Below, piece after piece: positions 39,665-49,837 of a DNA stretch of 64,000 nt; position 1 is the first letter of the stretch, and every line of letters starts with the position of its first letter. The stretch comes from a virus (taxonomy: Duplodnaviria; Caudoviricetes). The notes under the pieces are model-generated. The model was given only the letters and a program-made list of their open reading frames with translations. It searched no databases and had not been told where the DNA came from. The DNA is taken from IMG/VR virus record IMGVR_UViG_3300032266_001600, positions 7,998 to 71,997 of that record; one strand, 5' to 3'. The position numbers were made by a program, and so were the translations under genes.

Positions 39665-40483
39665 TTATTTTATTAATTTTAAAAGACTCGCCTCTATTAT
39701 GTCCATTTTAATATCATTCATATCATAGTGTTCTAGGTATATAGCATTTGGATTTCTTGGAGTTCTATTAATTAGAGGTGCATATGCTGGATAAGATAAT
39801 GCAGACAAAAAACTTAGAACTTTATGCTGATACCCAGACATAATCCAACTTAATCCCGTGTCAATTGTTATGACCATTTTGCATGAGTATGCGATTTTTA
39901 CATCTTCAAAAATCGACCCTCCAATAGGAGCTAAAGTGGTATTAATTTTAGGATGAGAAGTTAAGCCAAGTTGAATAGTGTCATATCCGAGTTTATTTAT
40001 TAAACGAATAATTTTATCTATTAAATTTTTTGGCATATCTTTATTGGGAACTGCACCGCTAGAAAATGGGGAAATAGCTATATAATTTGAATATTTTATA
40101 TCTTTTTCAAACCATGGGTTTAACTCTATCTGTAAATTATCTGGAGGGACTATGTCGTGCATCATACAAACTGCTTCAGTATGATGATATTTTATGTACC
40201 AATTCTCGTATTTATGTTTCGGCATTGGATTAAAGACCTTATCAAAATTGTTTGTTTGTATGTATCTTTTATCGTTTTGACTTGGCCAATTATCATAATT
40301 TTCCCATATTTTAAAATCATCTATAAGATTATTATGATAAAAAATTGGCTTAATTGATTCGTATTTCTTATTTATTCCAAATGTTATATGTGTTTTGGGG
40401 TCCTTATCCTTAAGAGCTTTGCAGGCTATAAGATTCATAACTAAATCTCCAATCTGGCCTTGATTAAATCCTAAGATTTTCAC
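39665..40483 (-). CDS. GT9-like glycosyltransferase
   Basis: GQIGDLVM; VITIDTGLSW. Confidence 0.7.
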   Translation of the reverse strand: MKILGFNQGQIGDLVMNLIACKALKDKDPKTHITFGINKKYESIKPIFYHNNLIDDFKIWENYDNWPSQNDKRYIQTNNFDKVFNPMPKHKYENWYIKYHHTEAVCMMHDIVPPDNLQIELNPWFEKDIKYSNYIAISPFSSGAVPNKDMPKNLIDKIIRLINKLGYDTIQLGLTSHPKINTTLAPIGGSIFEDVKIAYSCKMVITIDTGLSWIMSGYQHKVLSFLSALSYPAYAPLINRTPRNPNAIYLEHYDMNDIKMDIIEASLLKLIK

Positions 40484-41133
40484 GAATTTTTTACTTTATC
40501 TAGATAATGTTTTAATATAGAATATTTTCTATCATTTCCTTCTTGCCCCCAACCCGCATGAATTATAAATGGTTTTTCTGATTCTTTATATTTTATAATA
40601 CCTGGCGCTCTAGCCAATGGATGAATTGTTGGAGGATTCATGAAATTTGGATCTAGATTAATTGGATCCATTGATATTTTTTTAATTCTTTGATCTAAAT
40701 CTTTTCTTTGAGATAAAACCGCTTTAAGTCCAGTTTGCTCCCATCCTCCATCATGTATAAATTTGTCTTGTTGATAAGTTAGCGCAAAAAGTTCTCTCAT
40801 GGTTTCTGAGCTTTTTATAAACCATACTCCAGGTTCAATTTGATGAGACCATCCAATTACTGAATCATAGTCTTGATCTATGAATTGCTCTAATTTATAA
40901 GAAAAATCAACAAATAAAACGTCTGTATCTAACCAAAGAACCCAATCGTACATATTAAATAAATTAAAAATAAATGGTATTTTATGCCATGAAGTAGGTC
41001 TGTCGTCATATTTTTGCATAGACGATACAAAATCATAATTATGCTTTCTTGCATATTCAAGCATGTTTGGGGTAGTAATACTAGCTATTTTTTTATAATC
41101 CTCGTTAAACAATGTGGCTATGCAAATTTTCAT
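40480..41133 (-). CDS. GT34-like (GMA12/MNN10) glycosyltransferase
   Basis: YARKHNYDF; SWHKI; WVLWLDTDVL; WEQTGL; FIIHAG. Confidence 0.8.
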   Translation of the reverse strand: MKICIATLFNEDYKKIASITTPNMLEYARKHNYDFVSSMQKYDDRPTSWHKIPFIFNLFNMYDWVLWLDTDVLFVDFSYKLEQFIDQDYDSVIGWSHQIEPGVWFIKSSETMRELFALTYQQDKFIHDGGWEQTGLKAVLSQRKDLDQRIKKISMDPINLDPNFMNPPTIHPLARAPGIIKYKESEKPFIIHAGWGQEGNDRKYSILKHYLDKVKNS

Positions 41134-42311
41134 ATATTATTTATTTTATAAGCAAATTCAATTATATCTTTTTTCTTTAATTTAGAATATAGCCCTATGT
41201 AGAAACCATATTTATGGATATAAATAGAATTTGGATAATCTCTTTCATTTTTAAAAAATTCTTTATAACAAGTTTGGTATCCAAGATGTCCAGATATAAT
41301 TGGTCTATATTCTATATTGTTTTTTAAACAAAAATCTTTAATCTTTTCGATAAGATTTTTATTTTGATTTTTTACAATAATTGGTAAACAAAATTGAACA
41401 TCATTTCTAATACTTACTTGTTCTGGTAAATAGAATTTATTTTTATCTAATGCATCCCGATATATTTTATAAAGCTCTTTTCTTTTTGTTTTATATTCTT
41501 GAAATTTCTTAAGATCTAATCTTCCTATAAAAGCATGTAAATCTGTATTTCTAAAATTATTTCCTAAACTATAAAAATCAAATAATTTGTCTACATTTTT
41601 ATTTTCATATTTTGATGTGTCTAAATTGTAATTCGAAAGACTTCGCACCATTCCGTGATTTCTGTTCATCAAAAAGTATTCGTATTCTTCATATGAATTA
41701 GTAAATATGAAACCACCTTCTACTGATTGAATTTGATGACCAAAGTAAGTAGATGTGGACGACGTGAAATAAGAAGAGATATTTTTATTATTATATTCTC
41801 CAAGAGTATTTTCGCAATTATCTAAACAAATTTTAATATTATATTTTTTGGATATTCTTTTATAAAAATCGATATCTTGAGAAAAGCCTATTAAAGAGGT
41901 AGGAAATATGCATGCAATTTTTTTATAATTTTTTTCGACATATTTTTCTAACTTTTTTGTATCCATGCAAAAATTATCTAATGATATATCTATAAATTCT
42001 GGTTTAAACCCTTCTCTTATCCATGGAGAGCAAGAGGTTTGCCAAGTGGTAGAAGGAAGAACAATGATATTTTTATTTTTAAAATCTTTTGTGGTATCTT
42101 TAATATATTGAGATATTAAAGTATTTGCTGTAGATCCACTAGATACAAAAACGGCATATTTTGCTCCAATTTTTTCTGCCATTTCTTTTTCAAATATTTT
42201 AACTTGAGAGTCTTGAGTCCATCTGTTCTTAAAATTTAATATAAATAAAGCTATTTTAATCCTATCCATATAGGAAAAATTATTTATATTTAAATACCAT
42301 GGGTTGGTCAT
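41130..42311 (-). CDS. colD: ColD-like PLP-dependent GDP-4-keto-6-deoxymannose 3-dehydratase (DegT/DnrJ family, His in place of the PLP Lys)
   Basis: YAVFVSSGSTAN; LDNCE; STYFGHQIQSVEGG (ColD: SSFYSHHIATMEGG); NHGMVRSL; IEYRPI. Confidence 0.7.
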   Translation of the reverse strand: MTNPWYLNINNFSYMDRIKIALFILNFKNRWTQDSQVKIFEKEMAEKIGAKYAVFVSSGSTANTLISQYIKDTTKDFKNKNIIVLPSTTWQTSCSPWIREGFKPEFIDISLDNFCMDTKKLEKYVEKNYKKIACIFPTSLIGFSQDIDFYKRISKKYNIKICLDNCENTLGEYNNKNISSYFTSSTSTYFGHQIQSVEGGFIFTNSYEEYEYFLMNRNHGMVRSLSNYNLDTSKYENKNVDKLFDFYSLGNNFRNTDLHAFIGRLDLKKFQEYKTKRKELYKIYRDALDKNKFYLPEQVSIRNDVQFCLPIIVKNQNKNLIEKIKDFCLKNNIEYRPIISGHLGYQTCYKEFFKNERDYPNSIYIHKYGFYIGLYSKLKKKDIIEFAYKINNI

Positions 42312-42319
42312 ATTCTATT

Positions 42320-42348
42320 ATTATATAAATGCAATATCAGAAACTCAA
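42320..42348 (-). promoter_or_regulatory. Sigma70-type promoter TTGAGT-N17-TATAAT, 8 nt before the ATG
   Basis: Exact spacing upstream of the ColD-like gene. Confidence 0.75.
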
Positions 42349-43200
42349 TAATTTCTTATTGAAAGCTGATTTATAGTTACAAAAATTAAAATATTCTGTT
42401 TTTATTGCTTCTCCAGGTCTGTAGCTCTCTTCTCTAAAGATGGAAGAAACTCCATTCCAGAACGGGGCTTTTTCTGGTATTAATACCTTGCATTCCCCAC
42501 CAACGCTTAACATTAAATTATAATCTCCTGTATCTACTCCTATATATTTTTTAATATGAAAATACAACCCTGTAATTGCTTTTAATGGATTTTCATAATT
42601 TTTTATATATTTATAAACTGGTATAGTATTAGAAAATGAGAACACTCTTCCGTCTATACCGCATTGAAGAAATGTATAATTTTTATAATTATTATAAATT
42701 AATTCTTGCCAACAATCTGGATGCAAAGTTCTATAGGCAGCTTGCCAATCATTAGCTTCTGCGCCTTGAAAAAGACCAGCTGTATTATTTGCAATAAGTA
42801 TGATTGGATTATTTACTTCGCCAATTTTATTTAAAAGATCATGTCCTAAATCAATACATTCTTGAGATACATTGATTGAAGGTATTATAGAATTTGATTC
42901 GTCCACTCCAAGATATTTAAATAATTTTGTAGCTAAATGTATAGGATCATGGTTTTTCCAATACAAAAATTCATCTTTATCAATTTTACCATATTGATTA
43001 AATAATTCGTGGTGATAGTCTAATGGTGGGACTTCTTCTTTTTCGTATCTTATAGTGGTCAATCCATCGAATAAAAAAGCCATAGACCTATTTCTTGGCG
43101 TATCATAAATAAAGGTTTCAGTATTTTTAAAAACTTTATATATTGGAGTTATCCATAAAGTATCTCCAAGTCCAAAAAAATGACCTAATCTTATTTTCAT
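42337..43200 (-). CDS. GT9-like glycosyltransferase
   Basis: GLGDTLWITP; YIGVDTGDYNL. Confidence 0.6.
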   Translation of the reverse strand: MKIRLGHFFGLGDTLWITPIYKVFKNTETFIYDTPRNRSMAFLFDGLTTIRYEKEEVPPLDYHHELFNQYGKIDKDEFLYWKNHDPIHLATKLFKYLGVDESNSIIPSINVSQECIDLGHDLLNKIGEVNNPIILIANNTAGLFQGAEANDWQAAYRTLHPDCWQELIYNNYKNYTFLQCGIDGRVFSFSNTIPVYKYIKNYENPLKAITGLYFHIKKYIGVDTGDYNLMLSVGGECKVLIPEKAPFWNGVSSIFREESYRPGEAIKTEYFNFCNYKSAFNKKLLSF

Positions 43201-43982
43201 ATTTTTAAATAAGAATAGCTTACTCCAACATCTTCTTGAGTTTTATTATAAAAACAAAAACTCCAATCTAACCAATGATAATGGCCGTTTTCTGGATCCA
43301 TTGGCATCATATTATCCATCACAGAAATTCTATTTTCATCACTTTCTGTTATTATTATTTTTTTAATTGTTCTAGGGTAGCAAAAAGCCAAATTCATCAT
43401 CGAACTAGACACCCCTATAAATATTAATGATTCTGATATTAATTTTGCACTTTCCCAAAAATTTAAACCCCTTGAATCTATGAATCCTTCGTAAAGTTTA
43501 TCTGTTGAATAGCCTATTTGGTGAATATCAAAATTTTTATAATTATTTAATATTTGTTTGGCAACAAAATCTGGACATTCTCCAGTGCTTATGCCAGTTA
43601 AATGAACAACAATTTTATTAGGATTTATTTCATTATCTTCAAATTTATAAAGGCGAGGATGTCTAAGAAAACATTTTAATTTAATATTTAAAATTTTTTC
43701 AGCAAAATGTAAATTCTTTTCAGATAAAGAAGGTATCCATTTTTTTAAATTATAATTATATTTTGTAATTGATGGATCTGTCATAGTCCATATATCTAAA
43801 ATATTAGATGGATTTATATTTCTTAAAACATAAGGGTTGTGATCAAATAAAAAATTTCCATCTAAATCTATAACTTTTTCTCCTGTATTTCTAAAATAGT
43901 TTTCTGGAAAAGATGTTAATTGTATTTGGTCTCCAAGACCTAATAACTTACGAGCATTTCCAGCCATTGTAATCCCTAACAT
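43197..43982 (-). CDS. GT9-like glycosyltransferase
   Basis: GLGDQIQLTS; IHQIG; FIGVSSSMMNLA. Confidence 0.55.
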   Translation of the reverse strand: MLGITMAGNARKLLGLGDQIQLTSFPENYFRNTGEKVIDLDGNFLFDHNPYVLRNINPSNILDIWTMTDPSITKYNYNLKKWIPSLSEKNLHFAEKILNIKLKCFLRHPRLYKFEDNEINPNKIVVHLTGISTGECPDFVAKQILNNYKNFDIHQIGYSTDKLYEGFIDSRGLNFWESAKLISESLIFIGVSSSMMNLAFCYPRTIKKIIITESDENRISVMDNMMPMDPENGHYHWLDWSFCFYNKTQEDVGVSYSYLKI

Positions 43983-44833
43983 ATTAAATCTTTTATATTT
44001 TGAGCAATTTTATTTTTATTAAGATCATCGTAGAGTTTTTTTCCAATAATATCTAACTCTTGTCTGGCTTTTTGATAATTTATATCAACAATCCCTTGCG
44101 CTAAATCTTTTGGATTTGGATTAAAAGCGAATGAGCTCAAGTTAAACTCTTCTGCAGCTTCGTTATCATTGCAGAGTATTGGAATACATCCACATATCGC
44201 AGCTTCTATGGGAGGTAGTCCAAGAACACCATACTCAGTTGGACATACTAAGAATTTAGATCTATTATACAACATATCTAATGTATAGTCATCTACTGTT
44301 CCTAGATAATTCAAACCGCTTCCTGGATTATCTGGTCCAGCTATATAAAGTTGATGTGTTTTTATGTTTAATAAGGACAATGATTGTATGGCTAAACTAA
44401 ACCTTTTATTTTCCTCATAAAGTCTGCCTATATAAATAAAATCGATATCTCTTTCTAGATTTTTATTTGAAACATCTTTTATTGGGTTATATATAACAGA
44501 AGATTTTATATTTAAAAAGTCTTCAACCTGTTTTTGGGAAAATTTACTTATACTTGTGACAATGTCTGCTTTTAATAATTGATTTTTTATAGTTATTAAA
44601 TCTAAATCTGGATAATATTTTTTAGGTACGTCAAGCACATTTAATATCAATTTAGCTTTGGGAAATTGATTTTTTAAATCTATTCCTTGATTGTAGAAAC
44701 CAGAATCATTGCAGAATATAACATCTGGCTCTAGACCTGTGTCGCAAACTTCTTGTCCTATATTTCTCCAACCATCTTCAATTCTTAAAATTTGACCAGA
44801 TGGACCTCTATAGCCTAAAAATATAGCTTTCAT
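43976..44833 (-). CDS. GT4-like glycosyltransferase
   Basis: YIGRL...NKR; LGLPPIEAAICG. Confidence 0.75.
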   Translation of the reverse strand: MKAIFLGYRGPSGQILRIEDGWRNIGQEVCDTGLEPDVIFCNDSGFYNQGIDLKNQFPKAKLILNVLDVPKKYYPDLDLITIKNQLLKADIVTSISKFSQKQVEDFLNIKSSVIYNPIKDVSNKNLERDIDFIYIGRLYEENKRFSLAIQSLSLLNIKTHQLYIAGPDNPGSGLNYLGTVDDYTLDMLYNRSKFLVCPTEYGVLGLPPIEAAICGCIPILCNDNEAAEEFNLSSFAFNPNPKDLAQGIVDINYQKARQELDIIGKKLYDDLNKNKIAQNIKDLIC

Positions 44834-45561
44834 ATATGACTCACTAAAATATTTGTATTCATGAATATTTTGTTAAAACCTTTCTCTCTAAAATTTTCAC
44901 ATATAACACTTGTGTCGCAATCAGGTATGTTAAATCTTTTATTTAAAAAACCAAATCTTGCTCCATCTAAAATTGGTATCATATCGTATATACATAAATA
45001 AGAATAAGTGCTCCACATTGGTAGATAATCATTAGGAATATTAATTAAACCTTTTTCATCTACAAAACTTTTATCTTCACTAGATATTCTAGTGGCCCAA
45101 CTATCTCCTAGCATATGAGTTTTTTCCATAATACTTTTTGGTGAATAAATGTCAGTATCTTTAGACAAAGAAATTAAATTTATTATATCTTTTGGATAAA
45201 ACAAGCATTCTGCTTCTAGGAATAATATTTTATCGTATTTATTGAGATCTTCTCCAACTTGATTTATGCATTGATTTCTAACTAATGACAGTATTCTTAC
45301 CCTATCCATTGACGCAGCGTGTTCTGCTGAATCGCTTAAAAATGGTAAAGAAAGGCTTTCTGAGGATATATATCCCTTACTAAAGAATGACCAGTCTAAT
45401 GCTTTAAGCCATTGGTCTGTGCCATCTTGAGAATCATTCTCAAAAATAGAAATAGCATATTCATTTTCTTTGTCTAAAGCTACTAGATGATTCAATAAGA
45501 AATAAAATCTTCTCATGAAATTAGCTCTATTTCTTAATATTGAGCAAATTAATATTTTCAT
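44830..45561 (-). CDS. GT-A fold glycosyltransferase-like protein (DxD replaced by EAE)
   Basis: ICSILRN; IFENDSQDGT; LVRNQCI; ILFLEAE. Confidence 0.6.
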   Translation of the reverse strand: MKILICSILRNRANFMRRFYFLLNHLVALDKENEYAISIFENDSQDGTDQWLKALDWSFFSKGYISSESLSLPFLSDSAEHAASMDRVRILSLVRNQCINQVGEDLNKYDKILFLEAECLFYPKDIINLISLSKDTDIYSPKSIMEKTHMLGDSWATRISSEDKSFVDEKGLINIPNDYLPMWSTYSYLCIYDMIPILDGARFGFLNKRFNIPDCDTSVICENFREKGFNKIFMNTNILVSHI

Positions 45562-46317
45562 CTATTGATTATACGTTAAATTTTTAATCATTTCAATAGT
45601 TTTAAATACATCTATGTCGTTATAACTATTTGTATTAATTATATTAATACTCTTTTCTCCTAATGGCGCTAGGCTAGTTATATTATATATATGATCAACT
45701 TTATATTTAGATATTAAATTAACTTGGTGATTTTCACCAATCGCACTAGTTGTCCAACTAAGGTCTGATGGTGGACTTAATATGATTTTACAGGATAGTG
45801 CAGCTTTTACTTGATCTAAGAAATTTGTATATTTATCCAAATAAATAAAATCTAAATTTATATTTGATATTAAATCTTGCCACCACTGTTCAGATGGGCC
45901 TATGGATTTATTAATACCTAATGTATGAATTTTTTTTTGATTTAATTTTTTATATAATTTAGGAGGATTTTTTATAAGATTGAAATCTATCGTAGCATTT
46001 AAAGATATCTCTTCAATTAAAGATCTATAATTATACCAATCTTTTTCTTTTAAAGAAGGAGCAGTTGGATTGATAAAATAATCGCATTTTTTTATTAAAT
46101 TAAAATCTTTTTTACTTAAATTTTCTTCGTATTCTGATATATAGATCTCATTGATTAATGGGTGATTTTCTAAAAAAAAAGAAAAATAATCATATTTTTT
46201 GCCTAATACAAATATATTATATGTTTGACCTAGGTTATGATTTAATACCTCAAGAATTGGAAGAGAGGCCACAATTTCTGCTGGCGAGCCTATTTTTACG
46301 CCAAATAATTTTTTCAT
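45562..46317 (-). CDS. Degenerate GT9-like protein
   Basis: GSPAEIVASLP (GDxL motif altered); HPLINEI; shares GYQH/KVLS-type C-terminal layout with 39665-40483. Confidence 0.5.
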   Translation of the reverse strand: MKKLFGVKIGSPAEIVASLPILEVLNHNLGQTYNIFVLGKKYDYFSFFLENHPLINEIYISEYEENLSKKDFNLIKKCDYFINPTAPSLKEKDWYNYRSLIEEISLNATIDFNLIKNPPKLYKKLNQKKIHTLGINKSIGPSEQWWQDLISNINLDFIYLDKYTNFLDQVKAALSCKIILSPPSDLSWTTSAIGENHQVNLISKYKVDHIYNITSLAPLGEKSINIINTNSYNDIDVFKTIEMIKNLTYNQ

Positions 46318-46322
46318 TTTAC

Positions 46323-47087
46323 TTAAATGTCTTTATGTAACATTGGCCTGTCGTATCCCATTCTATCGTAATATTCTAAATCTAGTTTTAGTGTTTTGTC
46401 GTTTTCGTCCCAAATGTAAGAGCATGCTCCAAAATGTTTTTTATGGTATTCAACTTTTTGTTTACCATTTTCATTCAGCCAAGTCATATGTTTAATAAAA
46501 GCTATATCTTTTGGTATATCTATAAATCTTATATTTTTATCTGTTTTGCCGTTGTTGTATATAATTTCATTATCCCAATAAAAACTATTTATTCCATTAT
46601 GAATATTATTTTTATATATTCTTGGTGGGCAAAAACCCTCTAGGTAGGATTTGCCATCAAATATGTAATTCTTAAAATTAATTTTGTATCCATCAAAATT
46701 ATTAGTTTTAACAAAATTAATAATTCTTATTATCTCCTCTGTTTGGTAAAGCTCATCTGAATCTACAATCATTATATAGTCTACTCCTTTGCGGAGTAAA
46801 TCAAATAACGCTAGATTCCTAGCTTCATTCTCTTTTATAAATTTTGGTTGATCAAAACATGAGTCTATAAATTTTGCGTTGGCCAAAGTCTTTAAAAAAT
46901 CTGTAGTTTCATCAGGATCAATATTTTCATTTTTATATTCTAAAAATGGCACAGAAACTGCACTTATAAAAAAATTCTGTGGATAAGTATATTTTAATGT
47001 TATCCATGGTAGTATGCTTTGTTTAGCATATTTAAAATTATTAAAACCCGCATAAAGTATACCAAATCTCATTGTTGATGATCCCAA
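46323..47087 (-). CDS. GT2-like glycosyltransferase
   Basis: ENEARN; YIMIVDSDELY; HMTW. Confidence 0.7.
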   Translation of the reverse strand: MGSSTMRFGILYAGFNNFKYAKQSILPWITLKYTYPQNFFISAVSVPFLEYKNENIDPDETTDFLKTLANAKFIDSCFDQPKFIKENEARNLALFDLLRKGVDYIMIVDSDELYQTEEIIRIINFVKTNNFDGYKINFKNYIFDGKSYLEGFCPPRIYKNNIHNGINSFYWDNEIIYNNGKTDKNIRFIDIPKDIAFIKHMTWLNENGKQKVEYHKKHFGACSYIWDENDKTLKLDLEYYDRMGYDRPMLHKDI

Positions 47088-47923
47088 AGTTTTAAATTAT
47101 GTTCAAATAAATTTTTATTTAAAAGATCTTTTTCATCTACTGGAGCAAATTGATCTGCAGAGCTTATTTGATTAAACCCTGCTTGTATTTTAAATTGCTC
47201 ATTCCAAAAATTTTTATTTCTTAAAATTCTATTTTGAAAATTTAAATAACCAGTATGATATATAAATATCTTTAAACCACATTCTTTAATATATTCATTT
47301 GGATTTCCATCATAGTTGTTAATTATCCTCAAAGATTGAGCCAATTCTCCATCTTCATAAATTAATTCATTTGTATCACTTTTAGTAATATCTACTGTAC
47401 CATCGGTTTTAAGCGCAAAATTAACTGGCCCTCTCTTTAGTTTTTTTGTCGCAATATTTGGATTTTTATGTAATGCCCATTTAAAAAGATAATTGGTTTT
47501 GGAATCCCATCTAATAAATTTTTCATTTTGCCAAAGATTAATCAATGGAACTAAGTATGCATCATGAGAAGAGTAAGTTAGCATTCTTGCGTGATTTATC
47601 CAGCTATATTTTTGCCATATTGGTAAAAGTTCATCTAAATCCAAGCTAATGCAAAATTCTTTTGAGCATGCTTGAAGACCATCATTTCTTAATTTGCCCC
47701 AAAATAATGGGTCAGACCTATCAAAATTAGATGTTATTATTTTGAATTTATTATTAGTTTTTTGTAAATTGTCTAATATTTCTAAAGTAGAGTCTTCATT
47801 ATTCTTAATTGTAGATATTACAATCTCGTCTGCAAAGTCGTTATAATTCTTAAAAGCCGTTTCATAATCATATTTATTTTTAACTATATTAAAAACCGAA
47901 GTATAAATTGAAAACATAATCAT
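47069..47923 (-). CDS. GT2-like glycosyltransferase
   Basis: LRNDGLQAC; ISLDLDELL; HTGYL. Confidence 0.7.
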   Translation of the reverse strand: MIMFSIYTSVFNIVKNKYDYETAFKNYNDFADEIVISTIKNNEDSTLEILDNLQKTNNKFKIITSNFDRSDPLFWGKLRNDGLQACSKEFCISLDLDELLPIWQKYSWINHARMLTYSSHDAYLVPLINLWQNEKFIRWDSKTNYLFKWALHKNPNIATKKLKRGPVNFALKTDGTVDITKSDTNELIYEDGELAQSLRIINNYDGNPNEYIKECGLKIFIYHTGYLNFQNRILRNKNFWNEQFKIQAGFNQISSADQFAPVDEKDLLNKNLFEHNLKLWDHQQ

Positions 47924-47997
47924 TATATATTAATTCATTTCTTAAATCTAATTAAATAAAAATAGATTTTTTTATATTTAAGATATATTATATTAAA

Positions 47998-48180
47998 ATG
48001 AGCGAAAAGATTAATATAAAAAGTATTGTCACCTACACTGTTGAAATAAACAAAGAAATTGAGATTAAGGATATTTCTGATAAAGAAGACGTAGAGAATA
48101 CATTAAGCTATGAAGCTTGGAAAATGATAAAAGATGGCGACTTTTCTAAAGTTGATGTAGAATTTTCAAGAGTAGTTTAA
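47998..48180 (+). CDS. Small hypothetical protein
   Basis: 60-aa ORF filling the gap; its stop overlaps the stop of the convergent gene. Confidence 0.55.
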   Translation: MSEKINIKSIVTYTVEINKEIEIKDISDKEDVENTLSYEAWKMIKDGDFSKVDVEFSRVV

Positions 48181-48878
48181 TTAAAAAAATCTTTATTAGC
48201 AGGATTATTTACGCTTGAATGTCCTAAGTGTCCTACTTTAAATGGTAGTTCTTTGAGATTACCTATGATTTTAAAGTTATTTATATCATTATTGGTATCT
48301 ATTAGTAAACCCCATTTATTTCTAAACCATACATCGTGTTCTCCTATGTGTCCACTATTTGGATAAATATGATTTTTATCTGATAAAATGATAGCTTCAC
48401 TTTCCATATTGAACATCTGAAAATATCCATAACAAAAACCTATTGGGCAGAATATATTTTCGTCTAACTTATCGGATCTATACCATATATCCGCATCTTT
48501 AATATTCTCAAACATAATTCTTCTTGATCCATACATTATATTTTTATCTAATGTCTGTTTAGAGATAGATTCTTTGAAATATTCTGGTAAAAGTATATCG
48601 CAATCCATATGCAAAATCCAACCTTTTTTATCTATTAAAAATTCAGATAAAACTAAACCCCTATCATAGGTTGCATTATTTTTATAAAAAGTATTGGTTT
48701 TAATATATTTTAAATTATATTTATTAGCAACGTTTACTACTTCTTCGCTTTTTAAATCTGTTATTATTGTAATTTCGTCTAATTGATTAATATTGTATTG
48801 CAAGGTATAATCTAACATTTTTGCTGAAAGATTATCTATCCCGCCTGATGCAGTTATTACTGCATGAATTTTATTCAT
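48177..48878 (-). CDS. GT2-like glycosyltransferase
   Basis: YDRG; WILHMDCDILLP; GYFQMF; HLGH. Confidence 0.7.
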   Translation of the reverse strand: MNKIHAVITASGGIDNLSAKMLDYTLQYNINQLDEITIITDLKSEEVVNVANKYNLKYIKTNTFYKNNATYDRGLVLSEFLIDKKGWILHMDCDILLPEYFKESISKQTLDKNIMYGSRRIMFENIKDADIWYRSDKLDENIFCPIGFCYGYFQMFNMESEAIILSDKNHIYPNSGHIGEHDVWFRNKWGLLIDTNNDINNFKIIGNLKELPFKVGHLGHSSVNNPANKDFFN

Positions 48879-48916
48879 ATTAATTATATGATGAATACAA
48901 TTAATATTATATTAAT

Positions 48917-49198
48917 TTAAACTAAACTATAACCTTTTTTGAAATTTAAATTTAATTTAAAAGAATTTACCGCTTGACCACGATCAAATCTTTTAATAAA
49001 ATTAACGCCAATTTTTGGCATTTTAGCAATAAACATTTTCTTGTCTATTGTTAAAGTAACATGACTTGGTAATACTGATATGCTACTTATTTTCTTTTTT
49101 ATATTACTTTTTATTGCTCTAGCTATAGCACAATTTTGAGGATTAGCTTTTTCACCCTCAAGAATGTTTTTATTATTTATATTTATGGTGTGTTTCAT
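48917..49198 (-). CDS. Hypothetical protein
   Basis: 93 aa; NCAIARAIK. Confidence 0.55.
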   Translation of the reverse strand: MKHTININNKNILEGEKANPQNCAIARAIKSNIKKKISSISVLPSHVTLTIDKKMFIAKMPKIGVNFIKRFDRGQAVNSFKLNLNFKKGYSLV

Positions 49199-49833
49199 TT
49201 TATTTCCTCTATTTTATAATCATAATTATTACTATCTTCTGTAACCCATTTGGGGCTATTTTCGGCAGTATAAATATGAGAGTTTATTTTTCTTTGCAAC
49301 AATAATTCATTTTGTTTTGTTGCGAAGCTCGGATCGAATACTTTGATTCTATTATTTGGTTGTATTGCAAAGTTGCCATTGTCTAGTTTTATAACGTGGC
49401 CAGCTTTGTGTTGATCTGGTTTTTGACTAAATCCAAAATTCAATTCATTATAATCACTGTGCGCCCAATCAAGAGTAAATAAATAACGACCCATATACTC
49501 TTGTCCAGTTCTTCCAGTATACTTTACTGCTTTATTTTCTAATAAATAAAAAGTTGTTACAGAGATATGATAACTAAAACTATCCCAAAGCTCTAATTCA
49601 GTTAACTCCATATCGGGTGCATCTTCTTTTGAACAGAAAGCGTTTATTGGAGCGTGCCACCATATTCCTCCATCCTCCATTAGAAAATTAAAAAGTGGTA
49701 CTTGACTAGGAAGACTAGTGACTCCAAATATTAAACATTTAAATTTTTTATCGAAACTATCCTCTTGATTTCTTAAATAATTTCCTCTTACAAAACATTC
49801 AATCGGAGGTATATTTGCATTTAAAAATGCCAT
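49195..49833 (-). CDS. Conserved phage hypothetical protein
   Basis: MAFLNANIPP...WDSFSY...YLFTLDW...KLDNGNFAIQPNNRI, a pattern I recognise from aquatic phages; function unknown. Confidence 0.65.
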   Translation of the reverse strand: MAFLNANIPPIECFVRGNYLRNQEDSFDKKFKCLIFGVTSLPSQVPLFNFLMEDGGIWWHAPINAFCSKEDAPDMELTELELWDSFSYHISVTTFYLLENKAVKYTGRTGQEYMGRYLFTLDWAHSDYNELNFGFSQKPDQHKAGHVIKLDNGNFAIQPNNRIKVFDPSFATKQNELLLQRKINSHIYTAENSPKWVTEDSNNYDYKIEEIK

Positions 49834-49837
49834 TAGA

